A stretch of DNA of 64,000 bases from a virus (lineage: Duplodnaviria; Caudoviricetes), in the IMG/VR virus record IMGVR_UViG_3300021254_000027, positions 1 through 64,000 of that record, one strand, 5' to 3'. Every line of letters begins with the position of its first letter. The stretch's first letter is position 1. A model generated the notes under the pieces. It was given only the letters and a program-made list of their open reading frames with translations, was not told where the DNA came from and made no database searches. Made by a program: the position numbers and the translations under genes. Shown here in pieces: positions 43,353-58,500 of the stretch.

Positions 43353-45353
43353 TTAAGTTGCTGTATAACTTCGAGTATCTTGTCCAGTTGTTACTAAACC
43401 ATATTTAGTCTTTTCTATTGTTAAAGTATATGTCCCAGTTGCAGTTGGTCTATAGGTTGGAGTTGTTGAGCTCGTTAAATTGCTCCAGCCTTCACTGTTC
43501 CATCTATATCTATAAGTGGCTGCTGAATCCCAATTCTGAACAGACCCTTGTATTCCACCATCAAAAAGTGAAGTACTGACTGCCGGAGGGGTAAGTGCTG
43601 CGCTGACAGCAGTAGCAGCAGCTTCTATAATATCGTTAACAGTTGTACCACTATCTTGGACTGTATGCCCGTTATTACCCCAAGTAACAATATTGTTCGC
43701 TACAGCAGTTGCAATACTATCAATTTGTCTAGTATTAACAACCTTATTTAAACCAATAGTCTCAGCAGTAATATTATGAGGGTTGCTTGCAGTAGTATGA
43801 GTATTAATCGCACTTTCAATTTTCGCAAAAGCACTATTAATGCTATCTGTTTCTTCTATCCCTGTTGTAGCCAATGCAGAGATCCCTGTTAATGCGAGAG
43901 ATCCAACATTAGATCTTGATACAGTAAAAGCACCAGATGAACTGCTTAATGTTAATCCAGTAATTACATTGCCTGTACCTGTATCTGAAAGTGAACAAGT
44001 TGGAATAGTTACTGTTGTAGCATCTAGCGCGGTGATATGACCAGCTTGATCTGTAGACATATAAGGGACATTAAACGTCATACCAAACTAACTTGTTGGA
44101 ATTGAAGAGGTTCCTACATTAGTTTTAGTGCCAAGACCATTTAAAGCATGTCCAATAGTAATCTTTTTATCATTCGCTCCAGCGATATTAATCCACTTAT
44201 TGCCGCCTTCAATAGCAAAACTATCGACATAATTTGCTGCTGAAAAACTACTAGTATTACCAGTTATAGCAGTAGCTGCAGAACTATTACCGGCTGTTAC
44301 GGTTTTAAAACCATAAGGCAAAGTATAGGCAGTAGTAGATCGAGCAGTTATATGTCCTGCTTCATCCTAAGAAAAATTATAAATGATAAAAGTTCCTGTC
44401 GCGCTATTAAAATCGACTCCAGCATTTGGAGTAGTCTAAATATTCTAAATTAAATGCGCTATAGTAATTGTATCATTTTCCGCATTGCCAGCGAATCTAA
44501 TCCATTTATTGCCCGCTGCCAAAGTAGCAGTATCTACTTGCGTATCAGCTACAATAGAAGTGGTATTAGTAGTAATATCAGTTACAGCTGTCGCATTACT
44601 AATTGCAATGGTTTTAAAGTTATACGATAAAGTTAAAGTCCGTTTAGTCTAAGAACGAATATGCCCAGCTTCATCCCAGGTTAATTCATAAGTTACAAAT
44701 GTTCCGCTATTATTTAAATCAGTTGTCACAGTTTTTGATGTATCAATACTACGAACTAAATGCCCAATAGTTAATTTATCATCTGCAACATCTGATGTCC
44801 CACTCGCCGCAAGTTTAATCCAAGTATTGCCTGAATTAATAGTTAATGTGTCTTCATTATTATCTGCCACCATAGATCCATTTACGGCGTCTAAATTATT
44901 AACAGCATCAGAAGAGCCCGTAGTGACTTGAATGGTTTTAAACATGCGCAAATCTTTAATGCGCTCATCAACAGTTTCAGTTCTATCATTTAAGATATAA
45001 GCTAAATCTGAAATTGAATCCATGTTTGCGGCTGGCGTTGACTATGTAGAATGCCCATTTGTTGCAGAAGTTAATGCTGCTAATACGCTAGGATTACGAC
45101 CATATAATTCACGTAAAATTGTATCATAAGATTCTAATTTAGTAGTTAAACGTTCGGTACCAGATTGGCCCAACTAAACATCTGCTGCATGAATCAAAGC
45201 AAATGTATTACCATTCTTTTGAGTTAAACCTGCCGCCAATAATACTGTACCATCATAAGTACGAGGTTTTGCTCCGTCTACTCCTTGAACTTTACTGTAA
45301 TCATAAGGAGTAGTATATAAATTTTTATTAAATACATTATTTAAAGTAGCCAT
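43353..45353 (-). CDS. Tail fibre protein with FKT...GN.WI...ITI.H...D.AGHI repeats (666 aa)
   Basis: GGAGG RBS; MATLNNVF start; fragments 44649, 44088 and 43353 in one frame. Confidence 0.8.
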
Positions 45354-45366
45354 TTATATATCCTCC

Positions 45367-48189
45367 TTAACTTAACACAACAGATGTAGATCCAAGATTC
45401 TTATTTGAACTCTGCCAAATAGTATATGAAGCAGTTTCATTATATTCATTAGTAAAATTGATATTTCCTAAATTATCAAAACCGCCTTCAAAACCGCCAA
45501 CCTTAAATATTGGACGCGCCCATGATGCAGGACACAAATAATAAATATGCTCTGTAGCGCCAGCATTAACAGAAATAGTTTTACTTATTTTTGCAGTTGC
45601 AAGAATACTGCTGAATGAACTTAGATTAGTGCTCAACTTACTAAAACTATTTAAATTAGCAAGAGTATTATCATCACCGACGCCCCAATAGGCGCGATAC
45701 GCCCAAGTTGCTTTTACACTTGCAGTTTTAGTTACATCTCTTTCGTCTGTTACACTCAATGTCCAAGTTATAACTGTGCTAACAGTTTTACCAGTAATTG
45801 CATTAGAATCTGTTACCGTATTAACCGCGCTTGCATCATATTCAGCTTTATTAGTAACATAATAATTTTTCTCAAAAACCGCTGAATTAGGAGTATAAAC
45901 TGTTACTCCATCACTACGTGTAATTTTTAAATCTTGACGAGGACCTTTATTTAAAGTATATGATAAAGAAATATTATTTAATCCTTTACCAGCTTCAATT
46001 AAAATATTATTACCACTCTATTCAGCATCAGAACTAGTGATCTTAAATGAATTAATCATCTGTTCAACATACTGGATATCTGCCATTTCATGTTGCATTT
46101 TTTTAATTGCTTCTCCTAAAGTATCTGTTGCAGTTACTGCATGCAAACAACTATTTCCATAATAGCCCTGTTTTGCAGTTCCATTAACTGTATAATTAAC
46201 ATCAAAATATCTATCTGATGCAGTATTATTATAACTTAAGTCTAATGTATCAAGAGTATAAGAAACAGTATAACGCCAATTTCCTTTATTATCTAATAAT
46301 AAGTTACCTAAATTATTATTAATAATTTGCGGTACAATATCATTATATGGAAATTTAGTTTCTGCCATAGTAATTTTACCAGTGTCCGCAGTTGTAATGA
46401 CAAAACGGTTTTTGGCAAGATTCATATCTACGTTTTCAATCATATCACGCGCGCGATTAATCATACCAATCAAAGTACGATCATCGCGTGAGTCTTCATT
46501 ACTTAAATTAAGACCGACGATACGATTTACTAATGCAATCGCTCCACGCACTGTAGATGGAGATCCAAAACTTAAATCATTTACTACTGCTTCTTGTCCA
46601 GTATTTGGACGACCAACAGGTTTTGTAGCTTGATATACTTTAGTAAAGCGGAAATGAGGAACTTCTGGATTATTATTATAATAAGCCTCTCTACGATAAT
46701 ACTGAGTCCCAGCAGGAAGAGCAGATTTATTTGCGACTTTATATGCGCCTACAGTATCATCAAACCAGTATTCGCCATTTGCGTCTTTAGTCCATATGTT
46801 TGTATAAGATGGTAAATAATAACTTCTTATATTGTCATCTCCACCAGTATGAGAATCTTGGTAAAGCATCATTTTATTAAAGCGCATAGTATTACCTGCG
46901 CTAGTACCAATACCATAATAAATATCTTCATCCGCGGTATATTGCAAATGATTCGCAATCGCATGAGCTTTTTCTATTGCAACAGTATTTTCACTTGTGC
47001 GCTAAGTTAATGCTTCATTACCTAAACTATAAGTGCGACCAATTAATGCAGTCATCGTATTGGCGCGACCAAAAATACTATCAGAGTCAATAGTACAATT
47101 AGCTTGATTACCAAAATCTTCTTGCAATAATTGTAATAAACGCTATTCAGTAAACATTGCATTCCAAACTTTAGCAATAGCATTACCAATACCAGGTAAA
47201 TGAATATACCAAGAATAAGTATCATTCGCAGTTACACCATTAGTTCCAACTGCTGCGTTTTGTTCTCCATAATATTTTTGCCCGCTTGATTTAAAAATGT
47301 AATTAATTGCATTTTTTGGCTCTTCTCCATTTTCAGCTTTGCGCAAATAGTTGCGGTCCATAGTAAAGCCTAAGTCATTCCAGAAAATATCTCCATGGCC
47401 TTCTTCTTCCCAAGTCTCCCAAGTAGTTCCACTATTTTTATATTCGCCAGTTCGATAAGTAATATCGGCATCTGTCTCAATAGCATATTCTCTTTCAGGA
47501 GTTAATCTTGGTGCTGCAACGCTACTTCCTAAAGTATGAATTTCATGACCAAAAACCGCTGGAGTGTGCATATAATAATCTAATGTTGTGCTATTGCCAT
47601 CAAAGTACGGAGAAATAGGCTTAGTATTTGGTGGATCAATTACCAAATGGAAATTAGGAACTACTGTATTAAGTTCAGCTATCATAACATAACGATAGTT
47701 GCCAGTAGTAGTATCTACATGCTTCATCCAAACAGTAGAGTCATATCCACGTCCATAATTAGTAACATCTGTATTATATGCCGCGGCAAATGGACTTGCA
47801 TTTGCGGCAGTATATGGCTAATAATTTAATTCGTTAGATGACCCAGTAGAAGTACAAATATAAAAGCTATTCGCGCTATTCTTCTAAAATAAATCTTGAT
47901 AAATTTGGCCTTCGACTTTAGTTAATAAAGTACTAATATCAACTTCTGTATTATCAACAATTGCACCAGAAGGAGTGGTTTCATGAGTAAAATGTACATC
48001 ACCATAAAACTCGCCATCATAATAATAGCCAGTAATAGGTGGTTCATCATACTCAATTAAAACATAACGTCCGATAAATACTCCATCAGTAGCACATTGA
48101 CTATCCATCATAGTGCGAGTTTTATAAACTCTATCGAAAGTGAATGCAGTTCGATTCGAAGCTGATATATTACCATAGAATCCTGCCAT
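45367..48189 (-). CDS. Putative baseplate/tail structural protein (940 aa)
   Basis: MAGFYGNI...FTFDRVY...DGVFIGRYVLIEY; YGRGYDSTVWMK; four fragments in one frame. Confidence 0.75.
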
Positions 48190-48194
48190 TGCAC

Positions 48195-48527
48195 TCACTC
48201 CGTTTCATATATAAAATCAATAATAATATAAGCATTTTGGTTATTGCCTATTGTTTCAAGAGAACCATTATCAAACATGATACTGGTAATATTGGCAAGA
48301 CCTTCAACACTTAATTCATAAATACCAGTAGCGCCTACTACAATAGGAGTTTCACTAGCATTTAAATAAAATTTGGTTCCTGGTAAAGTCTACACACCAA
48401 GTTGTACAATGGGATATGTGCGCGGAAAGGCTGTGCCATTCCGCAACATATCCAAAGTCAAGGTGGCAGGATAATTGTTTTTTACGCCAGGACCAAACCA
48501 ACGAATTTGACCAACTTGCTTCGCCAT
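48195..48527 (-). CDS. Small tail/baseplate protein (110 aa, 1 TAG; absent from the track)
   Basis: GGAGG RBS; MAKQVGQIRW...VQLGV*TLPGTKFYLN...GATGIYEL...AYIIIDFIYETE, TGA. Confidence 0.78.
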
Positions 48528-48541
48528 TATCCTTTTCCTCC

Positions 48542-51500
48542 TTAAATAATTCTATCAACTGCGCGATTTGCAGTAATAGACATCATTCCATCATGCTAAA
48601 GCTATATACTAAACGATTTAATTAAGTATTCTCCGTCAATACCGCTTTGATTATCATGAACTCTAATACGAGTATTTGGTTCTAAATAATAAATTGGAAT
48701 TGCTGAGATAGTAACTGTTTCTTGATAATATGTCGCATCATATAACATAGAATCTAAAACTTCTTTAGCGCTTTTCCCCTACGCACTCATTTTAAAGTAA
48801 TCTGAAAAAGGAGGTACAAGATTAATACGAGCATATGCAAGATTTTCTTCTCCTTTAACAGGTTCATAATCTGTACTTACAAATAAGAGCTAAGGAGTCT
48901 CTCTAAAGTATATGGCTTTAACATCTTTATCATTAACAGATTTTGAACGACGACCAATCGCTTCTACCGAATATTGATAAAGATTCATATCTCCGCTATC
49001 CTAATCAAAGAAATCAATCCAGAAAAATAATGATTCTGGTTCGACAAAAGAGATTGTATTATTCGATGAGTTCCATTTTACATATTGCGGATTCCAATAT
49101 CCATTTTGTTCCCATTCTGCATAATCATCTACTGTGTTATCTGTATACTCCATTCGCCCATCGTCGGTCTAATTCGTTGTCCCATTATCATTATAAACAG
49201 TTTTAACTGTTTTCTAAGTACGATATAAATGCGGCCAAAATTCTAACATATCGGTAAAATAAGCATCATAACCAGTATTAAAAGTATCTTGCCAAGCATC
49301 TAATTCACTTTGAGTTTTGTCTATATAATTTGATGATTTAAATTCATTTAATAATGCTTCTTCCAACTCTTGATTACGAATAATCTCAGGAAGTGGCATA
49401 TATTCATCTTCATCATAAGTTGTATCATCTGGGACTTCAATAACTGTTGTAACATATTCATCCCAAGTACGAACCGTTTGTTTTGTAGTAGTATAATAAG
49501 TATGAAGTTGATTCCGAATTTCATCAATAATTACCAACAACTAATTTAATGATTGCGGCTATGTATAATGTTTACCAGGGAATAACATAATACTTATATC
49601 AAATAATGAACTAGATACTACACTAAACCCATATGAATCTCTACGACCAGTAGTTATACCAGTTAATCCATAAGCACGACCGACTGCATTTAATACAGAG
49701 CGTTGCGCTCGACTTAATTGAACATCAAAATAATCATCATCCCAAGAAAAGTCAAATAGCTCTAATGTTTTACGTTTAATATTTTCATCATCTACATAAT
49801 TTAAAGTGGTTAACATATTAAAAATCATACCATTATCATATGAATAGCCATTTCCATCATGTCGAATTGTAGAATCTGCCCATCCAGTTTGAGTAATCGC
49901 ATAATTAGCTGCGGCATATTCTGGACGAGTGCCTTCTGGATATTGCCCAGCCAAATCATTATTAACAATCTATGGATCTACTAAAGCCATTTGAGCTAAT
50001 GCAATTTTAATATAACTACTAAACATTTCTAAAACGAATAAATACTATTCAACTTCCTAAGCCGGCACATCCATTGGCTCATATTCATCTGTGCCTACAG
50101 TAATTTTTACTTCACTTTTTTCATAAGCTGGTGTTTCAACAATTTCTGATCTCGTAACTTTTTGCACTACTGTTTCTAAATGTGTACCAACAGGAGGCTT
50201 AACACTATCATCAGGTTTTTCAATTTCACCAGAGATAACAGGATAAGTTTGTGCCAATGAATAGTCATATCCTAATTTTGCATTCATTTCGGCTAATTGA
50301 GATTCTGTTAATTGTAAATTAATTTTATTTACATCTGGGCCATATAAAAAACGCTTATTTAAAATAGCTTGCTCATATTCTTCTTCACTCGCTAATGCGA
50401 CAAATTCCTATTTAAGATCATCATAATAATAATAGTCTTTATAAGATGCCGCATTTAAAGAATCATAATCATAATGAAAACGTAATGCTTTTTCATAAGG
50501 AGCTAAAGCTTCACCAATAATGCCCTTTCCTATTGCTTGTACATAATTGGTTTGTGTTTTTAAAGCCTATATCAACCCAGCAATTTTTTCTCTCGCGGCA
50601 AGATTATCTCTTGCCATCTAATAGATTAATTCACGCCAATCATATTGCCCGCCAACAGAATAAGACTAATATGGTTTTTGTTCTAACAAACTATAATAAA
50701 CTTGCGGCTTATGGTCAATAGCATAACGTAAATGAATTGGAAGAGCTTTCCCCCCAACACCAGTTAAATTGCCCCAAACTGCAAAATCGTTTTTAATAAC
50801 ATTAATCTACGGTTTATTCTAAAAACTTTCAATTAAATAACCATCAACAAAATCATAAATACTGTTACTACTATTAGCGACGCTATCATAATAAGTTTCA
50901 TTATCATTTACAATAGCATTTGTCCAAGTTGAATTAAAATAAATTCGTTTACGCTAAAAGATAAATCTACCGTTAATGTCATAAAAATATTCAAACTCTC
51001 CAAGCATTTTAACTATTTTATCAAGCATTTCTGTGATAGTACCACCAATAGCAACAGTTAATTCTCCAGTATAAGTAATATCTGTCGCACGATAGCCAGC
51101 TGTAGTATTTATTTCATTAGGGTCTACCCGTTTTAATAATACATACCAAACGCCACCGTATAAGATTGGTGCTAAATTACTGGTTACTCCTTGTGCTTCA
51201 CAAGCTGCTTCAAATAAACCTTCACGAGGATCTGAGCCAGAACCAAAAAGTATTTGAGTAGATTCAGCTTCTGTAAATACTGGAGTTCGAGTTTGTTGTA
51301 CACCAGAAAATGTACTTCCGCTACTACCAGTAAAATCCCAACTAATGCCATCTAAATATTCTGTAACTTCACTATCTTCAAACTAATTAAAGATATATAA
51401 AATAGAGTCATCAGCAATATAATCTAATAATTCTACACCGCAAGTGTCTAAATCATTAATTACAATATTACGATACGGTTCTTGAGCATATTGATGGACA

Positions 51501-52033
51501 GCTTCTCTAATAATATCATAAATTGGGATTAAATCTTTAGTCACACTACCATCAGAATGAGTTGTATAAATAGTACTAAATTCATGCGCCGCAAATAAAT
51601 TACCAGATATATCTCCATTGATAAGACACATCTTATCTTTACCCTAAATAGTGATAGTATATCCGCTATTATTTAAAGTAGAACTAAAACTACTAATAAC
51701 ATACATTCCCTGCGGGAACCATATTATATCTTCATATCTTGGATCAATAGTATTCCGCAATCCAAGTTCAACAGTAAATTTAGTATTTAAACTCCAAGAG
51801 ATTTCTTCAATTTGTACTTGATTTGTAATTAAAGTAATATTACAAGTACGACGGACCTTAGAAGAACCATCTACATTAATCGAACCACTAACTACATTAC
51901 CAGTAATTTCTGCTACAGATTCTTCGTCCCAGTTAAGAGAAATGATTTTAGCAAATACTTCTTTATTACGATGCTAATCTAACTTAATTAAAAAATCTTT
52001 GTCTAACAAAGCAAAAGTATTACTTAAAGCCAT
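48542..52033 (-). CDS. Baseplate hub-like (DUF5048-like) tail protein (1163 aa)
   Basis: GSINVDGSSKVRRTCNI...WFPQG...I*GKDKMCLING...FEYFYDINGRFIF...IKNDF.VWG...IPIYYLEPNTRI; four fragments in one frame. Confidence 0.7.
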
Positions 52034-52037
52034 TTAC

Positions 52038-55000
52038 TCACCCCCCAAAACGAGGCTTACCCATTTTACCAGAATCTTCATAAATTACTCCTTCATTTTT
52101 AGAAGAAGTGGGCTTTGTAGTTGATGTTGAAGTTTGATTAATTTTATTTATATCTACACCTTCAAGTTCTAATACTGCTTTTAACATTGATAAATAATTA
52201 TCTCGCACAGAACTATATTCAGCATAAGTAACAAAAGGTCCATTATAACTATGATCTTTACTATATGTACTATAACTATAAGGTACCCAAATATCCTATC
52301 CAGTAAAAGCAGTCCGCTCTTCACGAGTCAAACGATCAAAATGCTGAGTGTTTTCATTCCAAACAAAATATGAATTATCTTCATACATTCCATCTGGCAC
52401 ATTATTTACTAAAGCTTTCGCGCCCTCAGTAATATTAATCAACTATAACTAGTACGCTGCATAATCGCGCGCAATAGCGTTATATTGTTTCCAAGCATTA
52501 TACAAACTTTCGTTAAGCCCAAGAGCAACCTATTTAGCTTTGTCTCCTTCTTCAACACCATACGTTAAAGTTAAGAGTTGATAAATAAAAATAGGTTGTA
52601 CTTTAGTGCCCCAAGCCATATAAGTTGGTACCCAAGATGTTGTAGGAACATGATAAGAACCAGTTTCTGCGATATCAATAATCTCATTGTCTAAGCAAAT
52701 TTGAGTAGGAGACAATCTATATAATGTTCCATCTGGCTATTGAACTGGGACATAAGGCCGTCCATTATTAAATTCATATAAAAGATTTGCATCTGCATCA
52801 AAGATATAATAAATATCTGTACCAGGGACAGTAAACATAGCATTATTTACAAATAAGTCTCTACTACTTCTAGTGCCATATGGCAATACGCTTGAACTAC
52901 TTTCAGTTTCTTTAGTATCTTTATCTTGTTCAAATTCAATACTCCAAACTCGAACTGCTCTATCTAATAAATAAGTTGATACTCGCTCATTAAATTGATC
53001 AATCGCATTTTTTTCTCGTGGAGTCGCACTAAAATGGTAAGTCTCTCCAAAAGCTTGTAATGATCCAATTTCATATACCATATCACTTAAAGTAAAATCC
53101 ATAGAAACAATACCACGTATCTAATCTTTTAAAGTAGAAATAGTATCCATATAATTATTACCAGTCATAGAAGAACTAACTCCTAAATATGATGGACAAT
53201 GTACTACATCACGTTGTACAATTTTAGTTACCCCATCAAATACAGTTGAGTCTCTAGTCCAAGTACCAACCGTAACCTATCCAGGCATATCCTTCCATAC
53301 ATTTAAAAGTTTAAGATTAGATACTGCACTATCTTCATCAAACTAGATTTCATATTGACCAGTTGCGCCAACAAGATAATTAGTTACACCATCATAAGTA
53401 AACCAAACTTCGCGGCCAGACATTCCAGCGTCTCGATAATCTGTACTAACACAATCTTCAAATCGAATATACTAACATTTATTACCTTTAAGAAGATTGG
53501 TATTTTTAAATTCTTCAATAGCCTTATTTAAAGTTTCTTCTGACACATTAGTTAAATCAGAAGAACCTTGAATAACAGAAATCAAAGTATTTAAATAGTC
53601 CGCAAAGTTAATAACGCCAAATCTAAAAGCAAGAGTCGCATCTTTATCAACAGATAAAAATCCATACTCTCCTAGCTTAGAAGGAGAATAAGCATCAATT
53701 TCATCAGCTGTACAAGAGAAAGTATGAATCATGCGCGAAAGCGTATCATTTGGAACTAATGAAACATTTGATAAACGCACAAGATAATTACCTTCTCCTG
53801 GACTTCTAAATAACTTAATATTACCGTCGTTAAGCCAATTCAGAACTTCTAATTTAAAACGACGTTCATAAGCAATATTATCATCAATAATATCAGTAGT
53901 ATTGCTCCACCATTTATCCATTTTTAAATCTTCTGTGCGGCTAAGGAAAAATTCATTTTCATCACTTAAATAAGAAATTAATCCAGATATAGGAAACTCT
54001 TTATATTCTACATTACCATTTCTAAAGAAGAATGGATATTTACTTCCTAATGTATTTTTCTTAGTATCTTGAATAACAGTTTTAAATGAAGTAATTTTAG
54101 GATTAAAACGAATTTTTAACTGCCGTTCACCGTCATATAAAAAAGCATCTTCAAATACTACATATACATCAGGCGCATACATGCGCGTAGAATAAATATC
54201 ATAATTGTTAAATTGCTAGATAGAATAACGATATGTTTGTCCTTGTTCAACAGTAAAATCATGAAAAACTGCGTTAGCCGGTAACATACCAGTTAAATTA
54301 AAAGTAGCAATTTGAGTTTGAATAGTAAAATCTTCTGCGCTAGAACAGCGAGAAATCATAAACATACCATTATAAGTAAGTTCAGTTTTATTCGGATCAT
54401 TTGGTTTTAAAAACAAGTCTACACAGCCATTATCATAATCTAACTGCGCAATAAGATGCGCATCAATTTCAGGGACAACAGATGAACCACCTACAATAAT
54501 ATAAAGAGGTCCATTTACCTATAAACCATTCTAAGTAATAACTGAATACTATAAACGATAGCGTTCATCATCTTGGCAATTATAATTTAATATAAAACTA
54601 TCAGTAGATTCATATTGCGCATCATCGGTGTTAGCATTATGAACTTGCCAATCTGTTGTAGTTAATACTTTTCCCGCAGTATCATATAATGTAAAACGGT
54701 ATTGATAACATTTTTCAGAAGGATCATTAATATTAGAATAATGTCCAACATAATATGTAACATCAATATTCGCACTATAACGATTTAATCCTAGACAAGA
54801 AACAGATGGATATGCAGTACATTTAACAATACTAATTGTAGAATAATAGCCTATATTACTTGCATCTGCTGCATCAATATAGGCTAACTAAATTTTATAA
54901 TATTTTCCGAGATTAATCCCTTTAATATTGGTTAAATCAAATTCTGCATAACTATAACTTGTAGAAACGCTGTAAACAGTAGCATTTACTCTTCCCAATT

Positions 55001-55172
55001 CAATATCTGTTTCGCCATCACGGATTCGTAATTTTACTCCTCCAACTTCAGAAGCAGTAACTAATTTATTAAATGAGAAGGGGACTGTTAAAATATAGCT
55101 CCCTGTTTCTGAAACATAAAAAGGAGGAGTTGTACCCGCTAAAACTGGCGGGTACAACTTCATAGTAGCCAT
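52038..55172 (-). CDS. Distal tail/baseplate (Dit-like) protein (1044 aa)
   Basis: MATMKLYPP start; D.TVEQG..YRY; LKIRFNPKITSFK...TLGSKYPFFFRNG...KLFRSPGEGN; five fragments in one frame; TGA at 52038. Confidence 0.68.
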
Positions 55173-55174
55173 AA

Positions 55175-55561
55175 TTAGCCCTCCTCGTCAATAATAAGCT
55201 CCATAGCTTCAAGCTGCTTAGGCGTGAAATTCAAATCCTCAATCAAAGATACAGGGATCATACGCAAGGCGACATCAGCAGTAAACTTATTAAGTTCTGC
55301 ACGAGCCTCTTGACATTCCTGCTCTTTACCTTCAATAATCTTAAAGATGCCAGGCTCAGTTTGGATAAACTGGCCATTTTCATCTGTCTGTAAATACTTC
55401 TGCGCGAATGCGCGCTCTTGTTCAATATAAAACTCAGTTTCCTTAGCAAGCATTGCACTGTTTTTTGCAATCAAAAGGCTAAGCTTGAAAGGAAGTTCCT
55501 TATCCTTTAAAGTATCGAAAACCTCAGTAAGGTCATTAATCTGTCGAAAATTAAGTTCCAT
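55175..55561 (-). CDS. DUF1617-like small phage protein (128 aa, no TAG)
   Basis: LPFKLS..IAKN...L..E...R...Y...DENG pattern; AAGGAG RBS. Confidence 0.65.
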   Translation of the reverse strand: MELNFRQINDLTEVFDTLKDKELPFKLSLLIAKNSAMLAKETEFYIEQERAFAQKYLQTDENGQFIQTEPGIFKIIEGKEQECQEARAELNKFTADVALRMIPVSLIEDLNFTPKQLEAMELIIDEEG

Positions 55562-55585
55562 AAAATAATCTCCTTTTTCTCTTTA

Positions 55586-58500
55586 TTAAGTTGATGGTGT
55601 TGTAGGAATAGCAGAAGTTTTAATTTTAATTGTTGTAGACCCATTATTATTGGTTCTATCATAACCATCATATTTTTGTCCAACAGTACCATTATTAATA
55701 GTAAGAGTAAACGTACTGGTTGTTGAATTAATTTTTCGCTCTGCTAATATAATGCTACCATCATAAATACGAGCAGTAATATCTGCTCTAGTTACCGTAC
55801 CATTACTCCAACTTAAAGCTCCACCAGTTAAAGTTAGTGTTAAAGTTTTAGTTTTAGTACCGGTAAAAGAAGTACCATTATCATCTAACGCAATAGTACA
55901 AGATGTACTCCCAGCAGTGCTTTTAAGCGAGAGGCCCTTAAACCACGTCGTATCTTTCATATCAAAAGATGCCTCATCCGACGTGGTTTTATTAAAATCC
56001 GCATCACCTAGAGTTAATGATACTGTTGATCCACTTATATTGAATGTGGGTTTATGAGTATGCTTTAATGAAATATCCGCACTAGATGAACCAATCTTAT
56101 AAGTTAAAGTTCCAGCACTAAATTTCATACCTGAAACTCTTGAATTGATACCGTCTACAAGATAAGACAATGCTTGATTTATACGTAAATTCGCACCCAA
56201 GCCTAATCCTGCAGCAACACCTGTTAAATTACCCATACCTCCACTAATAGTACCAAAACTAGCTCCAACAGGAATATCAGTTCCATTAAATTCTAAAACT
56301 GTTGTTCCACTACCAGGAGTAGATTTTCCAGTAATGGTATTTCCACCATCACTATCTGCGCCACCAGTAACTCCAAAAGTAACATAAGGTAATTTTAATT
56401 GTAACTTAGTACCTATGCCTAAAAAACTATTACCAGCACTTGCAGTAACTCCAACACCACCGTATAAAGTATATCCATTTAATAAATTGCCCATAGCACC
56501 GCCAAGAGCGTTACCACCGCCATAGGCACCGCCAGAGCCTCCTGAAGATCCTCCACCAACAGATTTGATCTATGCGGCTAACATATTTACCATTTCCCAA
56601 ACCCAAGATTTAGTCGCCAATTCATCGCCTTTTACTTTAATTTCATTACAATAAATTGTTCCAGAATTAATATTATTAGCAGAAATTAAATCGCCCCACA
56701 TATTCCATCTACGAGTAGTAGTGCCTAATGTAGCACGAGTAATATTCTAATCATGCAAAAAAGCAGTTCCTGTTGGGAAAAATACTAATCCATAATCATC
56801 AGAGGTTACTGGAGTTACTGACATTGTATCTGTATAAATGGTTTCTGCATTAAGATCTTGTATATGATTAATAATAGCAGTCAAAACATTTTCAATACAA
56901 GTAGTTAATCTATCAGTACTATATAAAGACAAAACAATATTTTGTAAAGTGGTTAAAGAAGTATTTAAAATACTTTCTGTTAATTGTATTAAATTAACAG
57001 ATTGCATAATCTTAAAAACTTGCTATGCTAAATGTTCATGATCATTTACTTTATCTAAATTTGTAATAAAAATAGTGCGTAAATTATTAATAGATGAAAG
57101 TTCTGCATCAATCTAATTATTAAATTGAGCTAAATGTAACTCATTGACACTATTATCAATAATATCATTAGCAATTTCTATGCCATTATGATTAATCACT
57201 GTTGTTAATTGATTCTTTACATTAGTTAATAAAGTTTCTAAATTATTATTATTATATGTTTCATATACTGTATTATACTAATCGTAATCATTTGCTGTTA
57301 CTGTAATACTTCGAGTTTCTACTACAAGAGTATATTGAATAGTCGTTGTTTCTTCTCCATTATTATCAATTATTAATTCTTGTTCCATTTGAGGCAAAAT
57401 AGCATAAGTAGAATTAATAGTATATGTATTTGTTCTAGTATTATATTCAACATTATTGCGTGTAAATGTTTCAATCTAACTATCAGTAAAAGGTGTTGTT
57501 GATGTATATTCTTTACTTTCAGTTAATGTTGTACTTAAAGTGTTTGTCCAACTTAAATAAGCATCAGTAAATCTGATCCAATCATATCCAGCGTTATAAA
57601 AATCCATATAATCAGAATATAGTTTTGTAACCGCAGTTTGTAAATTCCTTACTGTATTATAATAATTCTAATATTCATCGATTTCTTCTTGATTAGGATT
57701 AGGCTAATCAGTGCTAATATCATAAACAGTACCTTTTTCAACAGTTAAGCCATCATCTAATAAACCAGTTACAATAGAAATACCAATATTTTCATTATTA
57801 CTATCATTACGACCCGAATCAAAAATTTTAAATTCATTTGGATTTAATAATGACTATCCAACTACTTGAATATTAGAAGTCTAACTCCAAGTATCTTCAA
57901 TACCAGTTAAAACAGCATCTGTTGCACTCTTATAATAATATTTATATCTTGCGCCACTAATTTTTTTAGTAATCTATTGATTTTCTGTATAAACACCAAG
58001 TAAATTACTAAAATTATCTTGTACATTTGTAATACCCTACAACCAAAATCCGCCAAGATTTAAAGTTCCTCCAGCAGTTCCAGTTAAACCATTCACTGCC
58101 ATTAAAGAGATAGTACCATCACCATTAATTACTGTTGCGCCCTTACCAAAAACTAATTTCTAATTTTTAGCATCAATTATAATAGAATGGTAAATATTTG
58201 CATTCGCGCCATCTGGTGGGTCAATATGCTCTGGATCATCAGGATCATAAGGTACAGTTCGCAATGAATTTTTATCAATTATCCATCCTCCGATATTACC
58301 TTTAGTAGATAATAAAGTACCATCCATCCGTACTCCAAATCGAATTTCAGCATCACCTGCATAAATTGCGAATCCACCACGAGATCCAATATATGCTTCA
58401 TTATAAACAATTGGGCCATCATTAATACCATTTGGCAATAACTAAATTGTTTTATTCTTAATAGGAATAATAGTAGATAAATCAGTATCATCAATTTGAT

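Noticed and set aside
25484-46815. Long + strand ORFs in the tail region (25484, 27704, 28526, 41311, 46382, etc.)
   Set aside because: Antisense shadows of Thr/Ala/Gly-rich - strand genes; no RBS or recognisable motifs.
48355-48558. Track ORF 48355-48558 (-)
   Set aside because: Wrong frame. The overlapping 48195-48527 gene, with an RBS and one TAG, explains the region.
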